A stretch of 64,000 bases of DNA from a bacterium (GTDB lineage: Bacteria > Patescibacteriota > Saccharimonadia > Saccharimonadales > SZUA-47), in the NCBI GenBank assembly GCA_030428125.1, contig JAUIBF010000002.1, positions 79,910 to 143,909 of the forward strand. Reading direction: 5' to 3'. The notes beneath the pieces are model-generated. The model saw only the letters and a program-made list of their open reading frames with translations. It did not search any database and was not told where the DNA came from. Each line of letters begins with the position of its first letter. Within the stretch, counting starts at the first letter, position 1. The translations under genes and the position numbers were made by a program. Shown here in pieces: positions 52,266 through 61,300 of the stretch.

Positions 52266-52481
52266 TTTTTTGTCTAAATTACACTCAACTGTGATCTGAG
52301 GTAATTCCATACGCAGGATTGTAGCTAGTGGAGCATTAGGGACCGTAACGGTGTAGCCAAATTGCGATGCACTAACATGTACTTTAACTCCGTGATTATT
52401 CTCGACATATTCTCGCAGAGCCTTCATTTGTGTAGGTTCTTGCGGATGCTTGTCCTTCATTAAGTCTGCTATTGAATCCAT
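52242..52481 (-). CDS. Small hypothetical protein (79 aa; possibly DUF721/DciA-like)
   Basis: Abuts the MFS gene stop. The pattern YTVTVPNAPLATILRMELPQI is weakly reminiscent of DUF721. This is a low-confidence functional guess. Confidence 0.4.
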   Translation of the reverse strand: MDSIADLMKDKHPQEPTQMKALREYVENNHGVKVHVSASQFGYTVTVPNAPLATILRMELPQITVECNLDKKLFIQISG

Positions 52482-53656
52482 CAGTTTTTAATTCCGCTAG
52501 CTCTAATTGCAAGATAGCCCATAAATATCCCCATGAGCACAAAGCTAACCACAGGCTGAAAGGCTAAAAGAACCAGTCCTATTACTAAACGTATAAATAT
52601 ACTTCCCGTTAATTCCGATGTTGCGTAGATAGGCTGGACCCTTTCTTCCTCGAGTGTGTTTAATTTTTCGTACAGATACATTTCGCGGGCAGGTTCAAGG
52701 AACGCTGTGCTAAACGACGCCATAACCAAGAAAAGCAAACTTATTATAGATGTAGGGCCTAACACAGCAAAAATCAACATAACAAAAGCTATAAATGCGT
52801 ATGCAATCGTGAAGGGAAGACGGTACTTAAACCTGTCCACTACTTTGTAGGTTCTGAATTCTAGTAAAAATAACGGCATCTGAGTAATAGTTAGAAGAAG
52901 TCCGATCTCTGCGGTATCTAGACCGCTATCCTTTAAGAAAACCGTCAGAAAAACAAAAATAAAAACCCAGTACATGTCGACGCCACCTCCCAGTAAGTAC
53001 GCATCACGCAAACGTTTCTGGCTCATATAATGACGTATATTTTTGACGATATCAGAATCTATATTATGACGTTTTTTTTCGCGAACAGGAATTGTTTGCA
53101 TTACCATAATTAATGTTGAGAGCAGAGCAACTGATCCCCCGATAATATAAAGTATGGAGAAGGAGTATCTATCAATAATTAAAGTTGCTAAAAACGGAGC
53201 TATCATCCACGAAAAGTTAACCAGAGAACCCGCAAGAGCGACGTTTTGCCTATACACTTTCTTTGAAGGAGAGTCATCTCTGAATAAGATACTATAGGCG
53301 CTAATAAATGCTGATAATAGTAACCTGCCTATTAAGTACAAAAACAGTGCAAAGACAGCGTGTTTCACTTGCCCAAATACGAATATCGACAAAGCAAAAC
53401 AAAAAGTTGATCCGATCAAAATCTTCCCTAGATTAACGGTTTCAAGTAAAGCAGGAAGCCACAGCGCAAATAGCAGGTTAATTATCATCACAACTGCGGT
53501 TGCTACACCAATTGCTCCGGCACTCATTCCTAGATCATGTAGATATAGAGAAACTGTAGCAACAATAACTGCGGCACCTACAGTAGTAAGCAGCCTGACA
53601 AGAATCAGTTCCTGGGGTGCATTTAGATGTGTGTGGCCTTTTACAAACTTCCGCAT
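52481..53656 (-). CDS. Polytopic membrane transporter, MFS-like
   Basis: About 391 aa with about 12 hydrophobic helices. TATACT lies 7 nt upstream of the ATG at 53656. Confidence 0.65.
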   Translation of the reverse strand: MRKFVKGHTHLNAPQELILVRLLTTVGAAVIVATVSLYLHDLGMSAGAIGVATAVVMIINLLFALWLPALLETVNLGKILIGSTFCFALSIFVFGQVKHAVFALFLYLIGRLLLSAFISAYSILFRDDSPSKKVYRQNVALAGSLVNFSWMIAPFLATLIIDRYSFSILYIIGGSVALLSTLIMVMQTIPVREKKRHNIDSDIVKNIRHYMSQKRLRDAYLLGGGVDMYWVFIFVFLTVFLKDSGLDTAEIGLLLTITQMPLFLLEFRTYKVVDRFKYRLPFTIAYAFIAFVMLIFAVLGPTSIISLLFLVMASFSTAFLEPAREMYLYEKLNTLEEERVQPIYATSELTGSIFIRLVIGLVLLAFQPVVSFVLMGIFMGYLAIRASGIKN

Positions 53657-53717
53657 CATCTACAGTATACCCATATTCTTTTGGAAAAAATCAAACATAA
53701 GCTATTATTCATTCAAG

Positions 53718-54608
53718 ATGCCAAATGCTTCCAATATAGAACTATTAACTGATAGATATGGAGGAACATTTGATGGAGTTGACTTTAACGTAAGCGCCTT
53801 TAGGTCTGCAGACAATGACAGCCCTCAAAATGTAGTACTTTACCGTGGAGGCTTGCTAGACATCAGAACCTCTAGTCTAGTAGAACTAGCCAAAAGAACA
53901 GTTATAGAGTCTGAAGGTGAAATTGTTGCAGGCGCAATCAGAACAGAAAGGCCTCTGATGCCTCATGATGCAATTGCTGCTGCTATGCAAGCTCGCGAGC
54001 AAAGAGCGCGTAGCGCGGGAGGTGCGTTGTTGCAAACGGAGAGGTTTTATCAGGGTGCTGAAAATATTGTGGTTGCTGGCCAATCACAAGGGGGAGTATC
54101 TGCAGTCGACGGGATTTTGAGAGCAACTAATCATAAGGGTAATAATCAGCACGACAAGGACATAAATATTCGTGCTTTAACTATTGATACGCCTGGAGTT
54201 TATGGCCAGCTAGATACATCTGTTGTTCCTGGGCTGGTGAAACTGGGCCTGCACTGCTTACCAGACCTATTCAGGATGGGTAATGTACAGCGCAGCAGAA
54301 TGATATGGGATACCGTGAAGAGAGGGTATTCTCCCTACGAGGCAATGTTTGTGCTCGGTGAGATAGCATATTTGAGTACAATTGATTTGCGTCCTGAACT
54401 TGAGCAGCTTGATGATGCCGGAATCGACAGGCGACATGCTTGGCATTCGCTCGATGTTGTCCCAGGTGCTGCGGAGGCATGTGATAGAAGTGTAGTTTTC
54501 GATGGAGGTCACCTGCAATCTCTTCATGGTAAAGGTGCAGACGAGATGGCAAAATATGTCGTTAGCTTATTTGGTGATCCGTCACCTAAACTTTCTCTCG
54601 TTGTCTAA
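53718..54608 (+). CDS. Putative alpha/beta-hydrolase-fold protein
   Basis: GxSxG-type elbow VVAGQSQGG and a late GGH. The ATG at 53718 is preferred over the upstream ORF-track start. Confidence 0.45.
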   Translation: MPNASNIELLTDRYGGTFDGVDFNVSAFRSADNDSPQNVVLYRGGLLDIRTSSLVELAKRTVIESEGEIVAGAIRTERPLMPHDAIAAAMQAREQRARSAGGALLQTERFYQGAENIVVAGQSQGGVSAVDGILRATNHKGNNQHDKDINIRALTIDTPGVYGQLDTSVVPGLVKLGLHCLPDLFRMGNVQRSRMIWDTVKRGYSPYEAMFVLGEIAYLSTIDLRPELEQLDDAGIDRRHAWHSLDVVPGAAEACDRSVVFDGGHLQSLHGKGADEMAKYVVSLFGDPSPKLSLVV

Positions 54609-54622
54609 GCTACAATAGACGT

Positions 54623-55489
54623 ATGCCAGAGTTGCCAGAAGTAGAAACCGTTCGAACAGGTTTAGAGAAGTTAATAGTCGGAAAGAGCATTGAAAACATT
54701 ACTCACGACTGGGAAAAATCTTTTCCGAACGATCCAGCAAGTGTTAGCCAATTTGCCATTGGCTCTAGGATAACTGCTGCTAAAAGACGCGCCAAAGTTT
54801 TGTTAATCGAACTTTCTAGTAACTATACGCTAATGACTCATTTGAAAATGACTGGGCAGTTAGTCTATGTCGGCAATGAGCGTTTTGGAGCAGGTCATCC
54901 CAATGATTCATTGATAAACAAATTGCCAGATAAAAGTACACGAGTAACAATAAAATTTACAGACGGAAGTAACCTTTTCTTCAATGATCAGCGTAAGTTT
55001 GGCTGGATGAAGTTGTTGCCAAACGAACTGGTTTCCGAGGAGCCATTTATGCAAAAAGTAGGCCCTGAACCTCTGGAAATTGAGTTTACGGATAAAATAT
55101 TTGTTCAACGTGTGCGAAGGCGAAAAAACAGCAATATAAAGGCTGTTTTATTAGACCAAACGGTCCTAGCAGGCGTAGGAAATATATATGCAGATGAAAG
55201 CTTGTGGAGTGCGAAAATCCACCCGGCAACGATAGTTAAAGATATGAGTGACAAGCAGCTAAAACTACTACATCATGAACTGCTTGCTGTACTTAAACTT
55301 TCGATTGAAAAAGGTGGCAGTACAGATAGAAATTACGTAAACGCAGAGGGTAAAAAAGGAAGTTACATTGATTTCGCAAAAGTCTTTAGAAGAGAAGGAA
55401 AACCGTGTAGCAGATGTGGTGCAACAATAGAAAAAACTAGAGTTGCTGGCCGCGGCACCCACCTCTGTCCAACTTGTCAAAAACATTGA
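54623..55489 (+). CDS. mutM: Formamidopyrimidine-DNA glycosylase
   Basis: MPELPEVETVR N-terminus, an H2TH region and a C-terminal zinc finger CSRCG...CPTCQ. TACAAT lies 6 nt upstream of the ATG. Confidence 0.92.
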   Translation: MPELPEVETVRTGLEKLIVGKSIENITHDWEKSFPNDPASVSQFAIGSRITAAKRRAKVLLIELSSNYTLMTHLKMTGQLVYVGNERFGAGHPNDSLINKLPDKSTRVTIKFTDGSNLFFNDQRKFGWMKLLPNELVSEEPFMQKVGPEPLEIEFTDKIFVQRVRRRKNSNIKAVLLDQTVLAGVGNIYADESLWSAKIHPATIVKDMSDKQLKLLHHELLAVLKLSIEKGGSTDRNYVNAEGKKGSYIDFAKVFRREGKPCSRCGATIEKTRVAGRGTHLCPTCQKH

Positions 55490-55515
55490 CAAAATAGCTA
55501 AAACTGTGCTATAAT
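55486..55515 (+). promoter_or_regulatory. Consensus promoter TTGACA-18-TGcTATAAT, 7 nt from the ATG
   Basis: Read directly from the sequence. The -35 box overlaps the mutM stop codon. Confidence 0.65.
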
Positions 55516-55522
55516 ATGTTTT

Positions 55523-56680
55523 ATGGCAATTAATAATCAGCCTACTCCTAATCACCAACCACGAATACCTCGTTCTTTGGGTGTATTGATGGCAACTGTT
55601 GCTCTATCTGCTTGTGCAACAGGCCCGAGAGGTCAGCTAACAGATGAAACGATTCCTCCTAACGAAATTTCTTTTGATGCTGACTATTTGAAAGAATTGA
55701 ATGAAAGTTCTGGTATGCCTGGCGATGAACAAATGGTAGAGCAGGAGCAAGTTGATTCCGCTGGTCCCGAGTATACAGCTTATCTAGAAAGTGCTGAGAG
55801 AAATAACGAGTTGCGTGGATTTATAAAGGATCAGGCTGCCCAGTTGTATGAACTGGCAGGTAACCTCGACGAGCTTAGTATCAGTGGTTACGAGTCGGAA
55901 TTTGAGGGTTCACTAAACTCGATAGTCTTTGAGGGAGACTTAGGGTCGAATCGGTACACCTTCATTATTTACGGCGAAGAATCTGATTCAGAAGCATACG
56001 AGACAGATCAAGGTGACATAGCAATGGACCCATCAGAGATATTTATTATGGCTTCCGATGCAGAAACATCAGAGCTAAGATGGCACACATCAATAATTAG
56101 TGATCACTATCCTGGCAACGACTACAAAACAGGCTATACAATTATCGATCACGATTCAGATGACGAAGAAGTCAGGTTTGTAAGTAGGTATGCGAGCCAA
56201 AGTGGCATAGTTCGGACCAATCTTTCACACGATGGTGAACCCGTTAGCGCTGAGAATGAAACGGCTTTAGTACCGGAAGATTTAATGCGTGTTGATAACA
56301 GAACAGCAGGTATCATACAAGACACAATCCTTAGGTTTGAGGATGTATTAGAAAATGAACGTGCAATGGAGAGCGACCTAGAAGGTCAACTTGGCGGACA
56401 AGTTAGTCCGGGGCCTGGTTTTGATGAAGGTGACGACAGAACACACGAAGGACCAAGTGGCGCCGGTGAGGAAACCCCGATTGTGACAGGAACAGTTCCT
56501 AGGCCTACGGTAATTAACGGAACCCTAGTAGTTCCTACTACAATAGCTGAGCAAGACGACAGTGGTGAAGAGGCTACGAGTCCCAGAAAAGGTGGACCTG
56601 TCAATAAAGGTGGAAGTGCTGGCGAGCCTGCTCCTAAAGGTGGGCCGACACCATCAAATACTTTAGCCGAAACTAAATAA
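55523..56680 (+). CDS. Acidic lipoprotein, hypothetical
   Basis: Lipobox in LMATVALSACATG. Asp/Glu-rich with a Gly/Pro-rich C-terminus. Confidence 0.65.
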   Translation: MAINNQPTPNHQPRIPRSLGVLMATVALSACATGPRGQLTDETIPPNEISFDADYLKELNESSGMPGDEQMVEQEQVDSAGPEYTAYLESAERNNELRGFIKDQAAQLYELAGNLDELSISGYESEFEGSLNSIVFEGDLGSNRYTFIIYGEESDSEAYETDQGDIAMDPSEIFIMASDAETSELRWHTSIISDHYPGNDYKTGYTIIDHDSDDEEVRFVSRYASQSGIVRTNLSHDGEPVSAENETALVPEDLMRVDNRTAGIIQDTILRFEDVLENERAMESDLEGQLGGQVSPGPGFDEGDDRTHEGPSGAGEETPIVTGTVPRPTVINGTLVVPTTIAEQDDSGEEATSPRKGGPVNKGGSAGEPAPKGGPTPSNTLAETK

Positions 56681-56738
56681 GCAGTTGTATAAATAACTTC
56701 TTATAACCGGATTGTTTACTGCTAGAATAAGTTTACTT

Positions 56739-57665
56739 ATGAAGGTAGTTTTGAGCGGTAGCAATGACCATTTAATACATGAGGAACTACTTTCCATTGT
56801 TAAGAAATTCAATGAAAAACATGCAGGGTCAATCGAGCGTTTTGATGGTGCAGAATTAACTTCTAGCGACCCTGTGCTTGATGCTGTGCGAAGTATTTCA
56901 TTCTTGGACCCAAGAAAACTAGTTGTCGTCAGTAACTTTGCAGAATCTAAAGAGTTACTAGACAAGAGCGAAGCTATAGTAGAGCAGACAGCTGACTCCA
57001 CAGACCTAATAATTATGGGTAAATTTGATAAACGTTCTGTCGCCTATAAATACTTAAAGAAAAATACCGACTTTAGGGCTTTTGAAGACTTAAGTTTAGC
57101 TGAGTTAAGTAAGTGGGCAATAGACTACACGGGCGAACAGGGTGGATTGATTCAATATGAAGCAGCTTCGTATTTGGTCGAGCAAATTGGTACCAATCAA
57201 TACCGTTTAAAAAATGAGCTTGATAAATTAATTGCGACTGAACGTGATATCGACAGAGATTTGATTGATGAGCTGGTTGAGCCAACTGCGCAAAGCAAAG
57301 TATTTGCACTTCTGGACGCGGTATTTAATGGACGGTCCAAACAAGCCTGGTCACTATACAGAGATCAGCGCGCACAGGGTGAGGAGCCGTACAAAATACT
57401 GGCAATGATTGTTTGGCAGCTGCAGCAGCTTACCCTAGCTGTTTATGCGCCGCAGAAAACGAAAGATACTTTAGTTAGTGCTGGGATGTCACCTTATTCT
57501 GCAGGCAAGAACTTGCAGATGGCAGGTAAGATATCGCCCAAGAACCTAAGATATTACATAGATCAGCTTGCGAAAATTGATACGCAATCAAAAACAAACG
57601 CCAACATTGAGTCGGCGCTTGCGGTTTATATCGCTGACGTAGCCAGCATTCAGGCTACTTCTTAG
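56739..57665 (+). CDS. holA: DNA polymerase III subunit delta
   Basis: About 308 aa. The C-terminal-domain pattern VFALLDAVFNGRSKQAWSLYRDQRAQGEEPYKILAMIVWQLQQL is typical of HolA. Confidence 0.8.
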   Translation: MKVVLSGSNDHLIHEELLSIVKKFNEKHAGSIERFDGAELTSSDPVLDAVRSISFLDPRKLVVVSNFAESKELLDKSEAIVEQTADSTDLIIMGKFDKRSVAYKYLKKNTDFRAFEDLSLAELSKWAIDYTGEQGGLIQYEAASYLVEQIGTNQYRLKNELDKLIATERDIDRDLIDELVEPTAQSKVFALLDAVFNGRSKQAWSLYRDQRAQGEEPYKILAMIVWQLQQLTLAVYAPQKTKDTLVSAGMSPYSAGKNLQMAGKISPKNLRYYIDQLAKIDTQSKTNANIESALAVYIADVASIQATS

Positions 57666-58041
57666 AAGTTTTCTTTGCTGGTGCCTTTTTAGCAGCAGGC
57701 TTCTTAGCTGGAGCTTTCTTTGCAGCAGGTTTCTTGGCAGGTGCGGCTTTTTTAGCGGCAGTCTTCTTTGAGCCTGGCTTAGTTGTGCCAGCAGCTTTGC
57801 TAGCAGAATTCAGCTGACTTTTCTTACGGGCTGCTTTGCTCTTGCTGATAACACCTTTTTTATAAGCAGTATCGATAGCAGAGTAGGCTTCTGACTGTTC
57901 CTCGGTAGAGTCTTTTTTAGAAGTTACTTTTGCTTGGAAAGCCTTGATGCTTTCACGCATAGTTCGCTTAGTTTTTGCATTAGCGACGCTAGCTTTAGAG
58001 CTTGAGCGCACGCGTTTTTTAGCTGATTTAATAATCGGCAT
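57655..58041 (-). CDS. rpsT: 30S ribosomal protein S20 with a Lys/Ala/Pro-rich C-terminal extension
   Basis: MPIIKSAKKRVRSS... is S20-like. The last ~45 aa contain PAKK/AAKK-type repeats. AGGAGA RBS. Confidence 0.9.
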   Translation of the reverse strand: MPIIKSAKKRVRSSSKASVANAKTKRTMRESIKAFQAKVTSKKDSTEEQSEAYSAIDTAYKKGVISKSKAARKKSQLNSASKAAGTTKPGSKKTAAKKAAPAKKPAAKKAPAKKPAAKKAPAKKTSKK

Positions 58042-58123
58042 AGTTTTTACAGTTCTCCTAGTTGATTATTCGTTAGATTAATATTTGTAATCTTATCTGT
58101 AACTATACTAAAATTTGGCCCAT

Positions 58124-58154
58124 TTGTAAACAGAGTAGGTAAAAGTGTTTACAA
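58124..58154. promoter_or_regulatory. Perfect 9-bp inverted repeat TTGTAAACA-N13-TGTTTACAA in the rpsT/58209 divergent spacer
   Basis: Read directly from the sequence. Confidence 0.35.
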
Positions 58155-58208
58155 TAAAATAAAGCTTATGGTACTATTTGACTGTATCTATACCAAAAAA
58201 TAAAAAGT

Positions 58209-60122
58209 ATGAACAATCAGCAAAAACAACAGGTAGTAGAACAAGTTAAATCAGCCAATAACGTATTGGTTACAGTTAGCTCTAACCCAACAGTTGATGA
58301 ATTATCAGCGTCTGTCGGGTTAACCTTAGCTTTGAATAAACTAGGAAAGCACGCGACCACTGTTTTTAGTGGTGTCGTTCCTTCTACTATTGAGTTCCTG
58401 CAGCCGGAACAGACTATTGAAACAACAACAGATAGTTTGCGTGATTTTATAATTGCACTAGATAAGTCAAAAGCTGACAAACTGCGCTACAAAGTCGAAG
58501 ACGATGTAGTTAGAATTTTCATCACACCGTATAAAACGACAATTACAGATAAGGATTTACAATTTTCGCACGGCGATTTCAACGTTGACGTTGTCATAGC
58601 TATTGGCGTTACGCGTCGTGAAGATCTAGACAGAGCAGTTACGGCTCATGGGCGAATTTTGCACGATGCAACAGTGGTTTCAATTACTCGAGACGTCAAC
58701 AGCGAATTAGGGTCTCTCAACTGGCAAGAACCACAAGCAAGTTCTTTGTGTGAAATGGTAGGTTCGATGACACTTGAAGTTCAGCAAGATGTGCTAGATG
58801 GTCAGATGGCTACTGCATTCTTGACAGGTATTATTGCAGAAACTGACAGATTTCGAAACGAAAAAACTACACCTATCGCACTATCACTAAGCTCTCAACT
58901 TATGAGCTCTGGTGCTAACCAGCAGTTAATTGCAGACAAGCTTGAAGAACCGGCACCACCTCCTATGCCTATCCATAAGCGAGGTGAAGATGGAAAGCTG
59001 ATGGATGAGGTTTCAAACGATGGTACATTAAGCATTGGTCATAACGAAGAAGTTGATATACCAAACGACGAAGAGCAAGTCGACAAAATTCATATTGACG
59101 AGCACGGTAACCTAGGTCCCCATCCGGAGGATCAACAAGGATTAAAATTATCGCATGAAGATGTGAACGATGACTATTTAAATCACAAAGACGACAGGCC
59201 TGCTGGAGATATGGATTTTTCTAATTCGGATCAGCACGATGAACCAAACAGACCTGCTGGCAATGAACCTGATCATGTTGAATCGAAAGGTGGAGAACAA
59301 ACACTACATCACGAGAAAAAAGTCATTGTACCTCCATCTGAGGAGGGCAAACCTAGGACAGATAAACCATTTGATTTGAATGCTGCAATACAAGCTGCAA
59401 ATGACGAAGGTATTCCCGTTGAAGCTGCACCAACAGACGAAGAGCCAAAAGAACCTGAGCCGGGATTACCTGAGCTTCCTGAACCTGTCGAGCCACCACA
59501 GATTATCCAAGATCATTCAGGACCAATGCTAACTGAAGACCCCACAGACAAAGATCAAGGGCTCGACCCAGTAGACAGTTCTGACATGGATTCAGAAGCA
59601 CCGTCAGGTGCTCCACCTCCTCCACTAAGTGAGGCTGCAGAGCATGAGATGCCCGACATGCCAATGTCTTCGCAGTCCACTGTGCCAGCAGAAACAGTTG
59701 TACCTAGCCCCGAACCTTCTGTCGACGCCTCAGAGTCAAAAACTTCAGCAGCAACTTCTTCGTCAAAAACAGGAGACCAAACACTAACAGATCTAGAGAA
59801 AGCTGTAGACAGTCCCCATTTGCCGCCATCTTCCGTTGTTGATGATGCGCGAGATGCGGTAGCCAAGGCAGCCGATTCAAAAGAACCATTATTCCCTAGG
59901 CCTAAAGAAAACGTAGGTGCAAGTAATGTTGATTTACAAAAAGTAGCAGAAGAAGTAGCTAGCGCTGAACCTGAACAAGCTCCAGCTCCTGCTGAAGACA
60001 AAGCACCTGAAGTGACTGACCCAACAGCTCCACCCCCAGTACCTCCACCAATGACGACACCTCAGTTCTTTGACGCTGACGGAAACAATCAGAACCCTTT
60101 CCTGAACCCTAACGGACAATAG
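58209..60122 (+). CDS. Degenerate DHH-family (NrnA-like) N-terminal domain protein with a ~400-aa Pro/Glu/Asp-rich disordered tail
   Basis: Residues 1-240 resemble an NrnA DHH domain (NVLVTVSSNPTVDELSAS..., LTGIIAETDRF), but the DHH residues read AIGVT. Its position upstream of truB-rpsO-pnp matches the nrnA position I recall from Actinobacteria. Confidence 0.6.
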   Translation: MNNQQKQQVVEQVKSANNVLVTVSSNPTVDELSASVGLTLALNKLGKHATTVFSGVVPSTIEFLQPEQTIETTTDSLRDFIIALDKSKADKLRYKVEDDVVRIFITPYKTTITDKDLQFSHGDFNVDVVIAIGVTRREDLDRAVTAHGRILHDATVVSITRDVNSELGSLNWQEPQASSLCEMVGSMTLEVQQDVLDGQMATAFLTGIIAETDRFRNEKTTPIALSLSSQLMSSGANQQLIADKLEEPAPPPMPIHKRGEDGKLMDEVSNDGTLSIGHNEEVDIPNDEEQVDKIHIDEHGNLGPHPEDQQGLKLSHEDVNDDYLNHKDDRPAGDMDFSNSDQHDEPNRPAGNEPDHVESKGGEQTLHHEKKVIVPPSEEGKPRTDKPFDLNAAIQAANDEGIPVEAAPTDEEPKEPEPGLPELPEPVEPPQIIQDHSGPMLTEDPTDKDQGLDPVDSSDMDSEAPSGAPPPPLSEAAEHEMPDMPMSSQSTVPAETVVPSPEPSVDASESKTSAATSSSKTGDQTLTDLEKAVDSPHLPPSSVVDDARDAVAKAADSKEPLFPRPKENVGASNVDLQKVAEEVASAEPEQAPAPAEDKAPEVTDPTAPPPVPPPMTTPQFFDADGNNQNPFLNPNGQ

Positions 60123-60142
60123 ACGTTATACTAGCCAGCAGG

Positions 60143-60835
60143 ATGGCGAAGTACAACGGACTGCTATTAATGGATAAGCCGCAAGGCTGGACAAGCTTTG
60201 ATGTAGTTAATTATGTGCGCAAAATGGTTGCCGAACTGGAAGAAAAGAAGCCTAAGAACACAAAAGTTGGTCATACCGGTACACTAGACCCTCAAGCAAC
60301 AGGCTTACTAGTGCTATGTGTGGGTTCATATACCAAAAAAGTTCCAGAATTAATCAAACAAGATAAAACATACGAAGTTGAGCTGACTTTAGGCAAGGTA
60401 AGCACAACAGGCGATTCCGAAGGTGAAATTACGGGGGTATCTGACAAAGTGCCGTCCAAGAAAGATGTGGCAGGTGTTATCAGTGGATTCGTAGGTGAAA
60501 TTGAACAGACTCCGCCTGCCTACAGTGCCATTAAGGTTAACGGTAAGCGTGCTTATGAACTAGCCAGAGCCGGCAAAGAAGTTAAGTTAGAGCCTAGGAT
60601 TGTGACTATTAACTCCATAAACGATGTCGAATATGAATACCCTAAAGTAACTTTTACTGCCGACGTCGGAAGCGGTACTTATATTCGCTCACTCGCGGAA
60701 GACATAGGAGAGAAACTGGGTACAGGTGCTTACATGAGTGCTTTAAGAAGAACTAAAGTTGGCGATAAATCTATCGACGATGCCATAGACCCTAAAAAGC
60801 TCACCTCAGAATTCTTACAAAAAACACTTGTCTAA
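60143..60835 (+). CDS. truB: tRNA pseudouridine(55) synthase
   Basis: GHTGTLDPQATGLLVLCVG catalytic motif. 230 aa with no PUA domain. Confidence 0.92.
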   Translation: MAKYNGLLLMDKPQGWTSFDVVNYVRKMVAELEEKKPKNTKVGHTGTLDPQATGLLVLCVGSYTKKVPELIKQDKTYEVELTLGKVSTTGDSEGEITGVSDKVPSKKDVAGVISGFVGEIEQTPPAYSAIKVNGKRAYELARAGKEVKLEPRIVTINSINDVEYEYPKVTFTADVGSGTYIRSLAEDIGEKLGTGAYMSALRRTKVGDKSIDDAIDPKKLTSEFLQKTLV

Positions 60836-60867
60836 TAGGGGTGAGCGTGATATAGTAGGTATCAAGA

Positions 60868-61131
60868 ATGACAGAAACGAAGAGTACTAGCGCAAAGAAA
60901 AGCGCAAGTTCAAACGCGAGCGATACTGGATCTACAAGTGCACAAATCGTGTCACTAACTGCTAGAATTAACGAACTTACTGACCACTTAAAAGAGAATA
61001 AAAAAGACCACATGGCACGTCGCGGATTGTTAGTATTGGTTGGACGACGTAAAAGACTTCTTAAGTACCTAGCAAGCAAAGATAGCCAAGCTTACCTAGC
61101 GCTCATTAAAAAACTCGGCCTTCGCCGATAA
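60868..61131 (+). CDS. rpsO: 30S ribosomal protein S15
   Basis: [39 protein letters not shown]. Confidence 0.93.
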   Translation: MTETKSTSAKKSASSNASDTGSTSAQIVSLTARINELTDHLKENKKDHMARRGLLVLVGRRKRLLKYLASKDSQAYLALIKKLGLRR

Positions 61132-61269
61132 TATTCGTTTACTAATTCTTAATTAACAATTTGATTTTTTAAAGTCGCGCTCACTGAAAGTAATTATTGG
61201 CGAGTGGGATCATAAAAAATAAGCCCGGACGGTTTATCAGTTAGGGGATAGAGCACAGTTTGTAACATC

Positions 61270-61300
61270 CATGAACAAAAAAACGTAGTTTTGTCTCATG
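61270..61300 (+). promoter_or_regulatory. Conserved core element, copy C (AAAAAAACGTAGTTTTGTCTC) upstream of or at the pnp start
   Basis: Shares the core of the 15407 and 35368 elements. TAGTTT (61286-91) lies 6 nt upstream of the ATG at 61298. Flanking CATGA/TCATG can extend a hairpin. Confidence 0.45.

Noticed and set aside
52264-52280. TAGTTTTTTGTCTAAA, which resembles the CGTAGTTTTGTCTCAAA core motif.
   Set aside because: It lies inside two overlapping coding regions (the HAD 3-prime end and the 52242..52481 gene). It also lacks the CG and the A-tract, so it is probably coincidental.
57660-57800. Short tandem DNA repeats that might suggest a CRISPR or minisatellite.
   Set aside because: They are in-frame coding repeats for the PAKK/AAKK tail of S20, with no spacer-repeat architecture. 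No CRISPR array was seen anywhere in the window.
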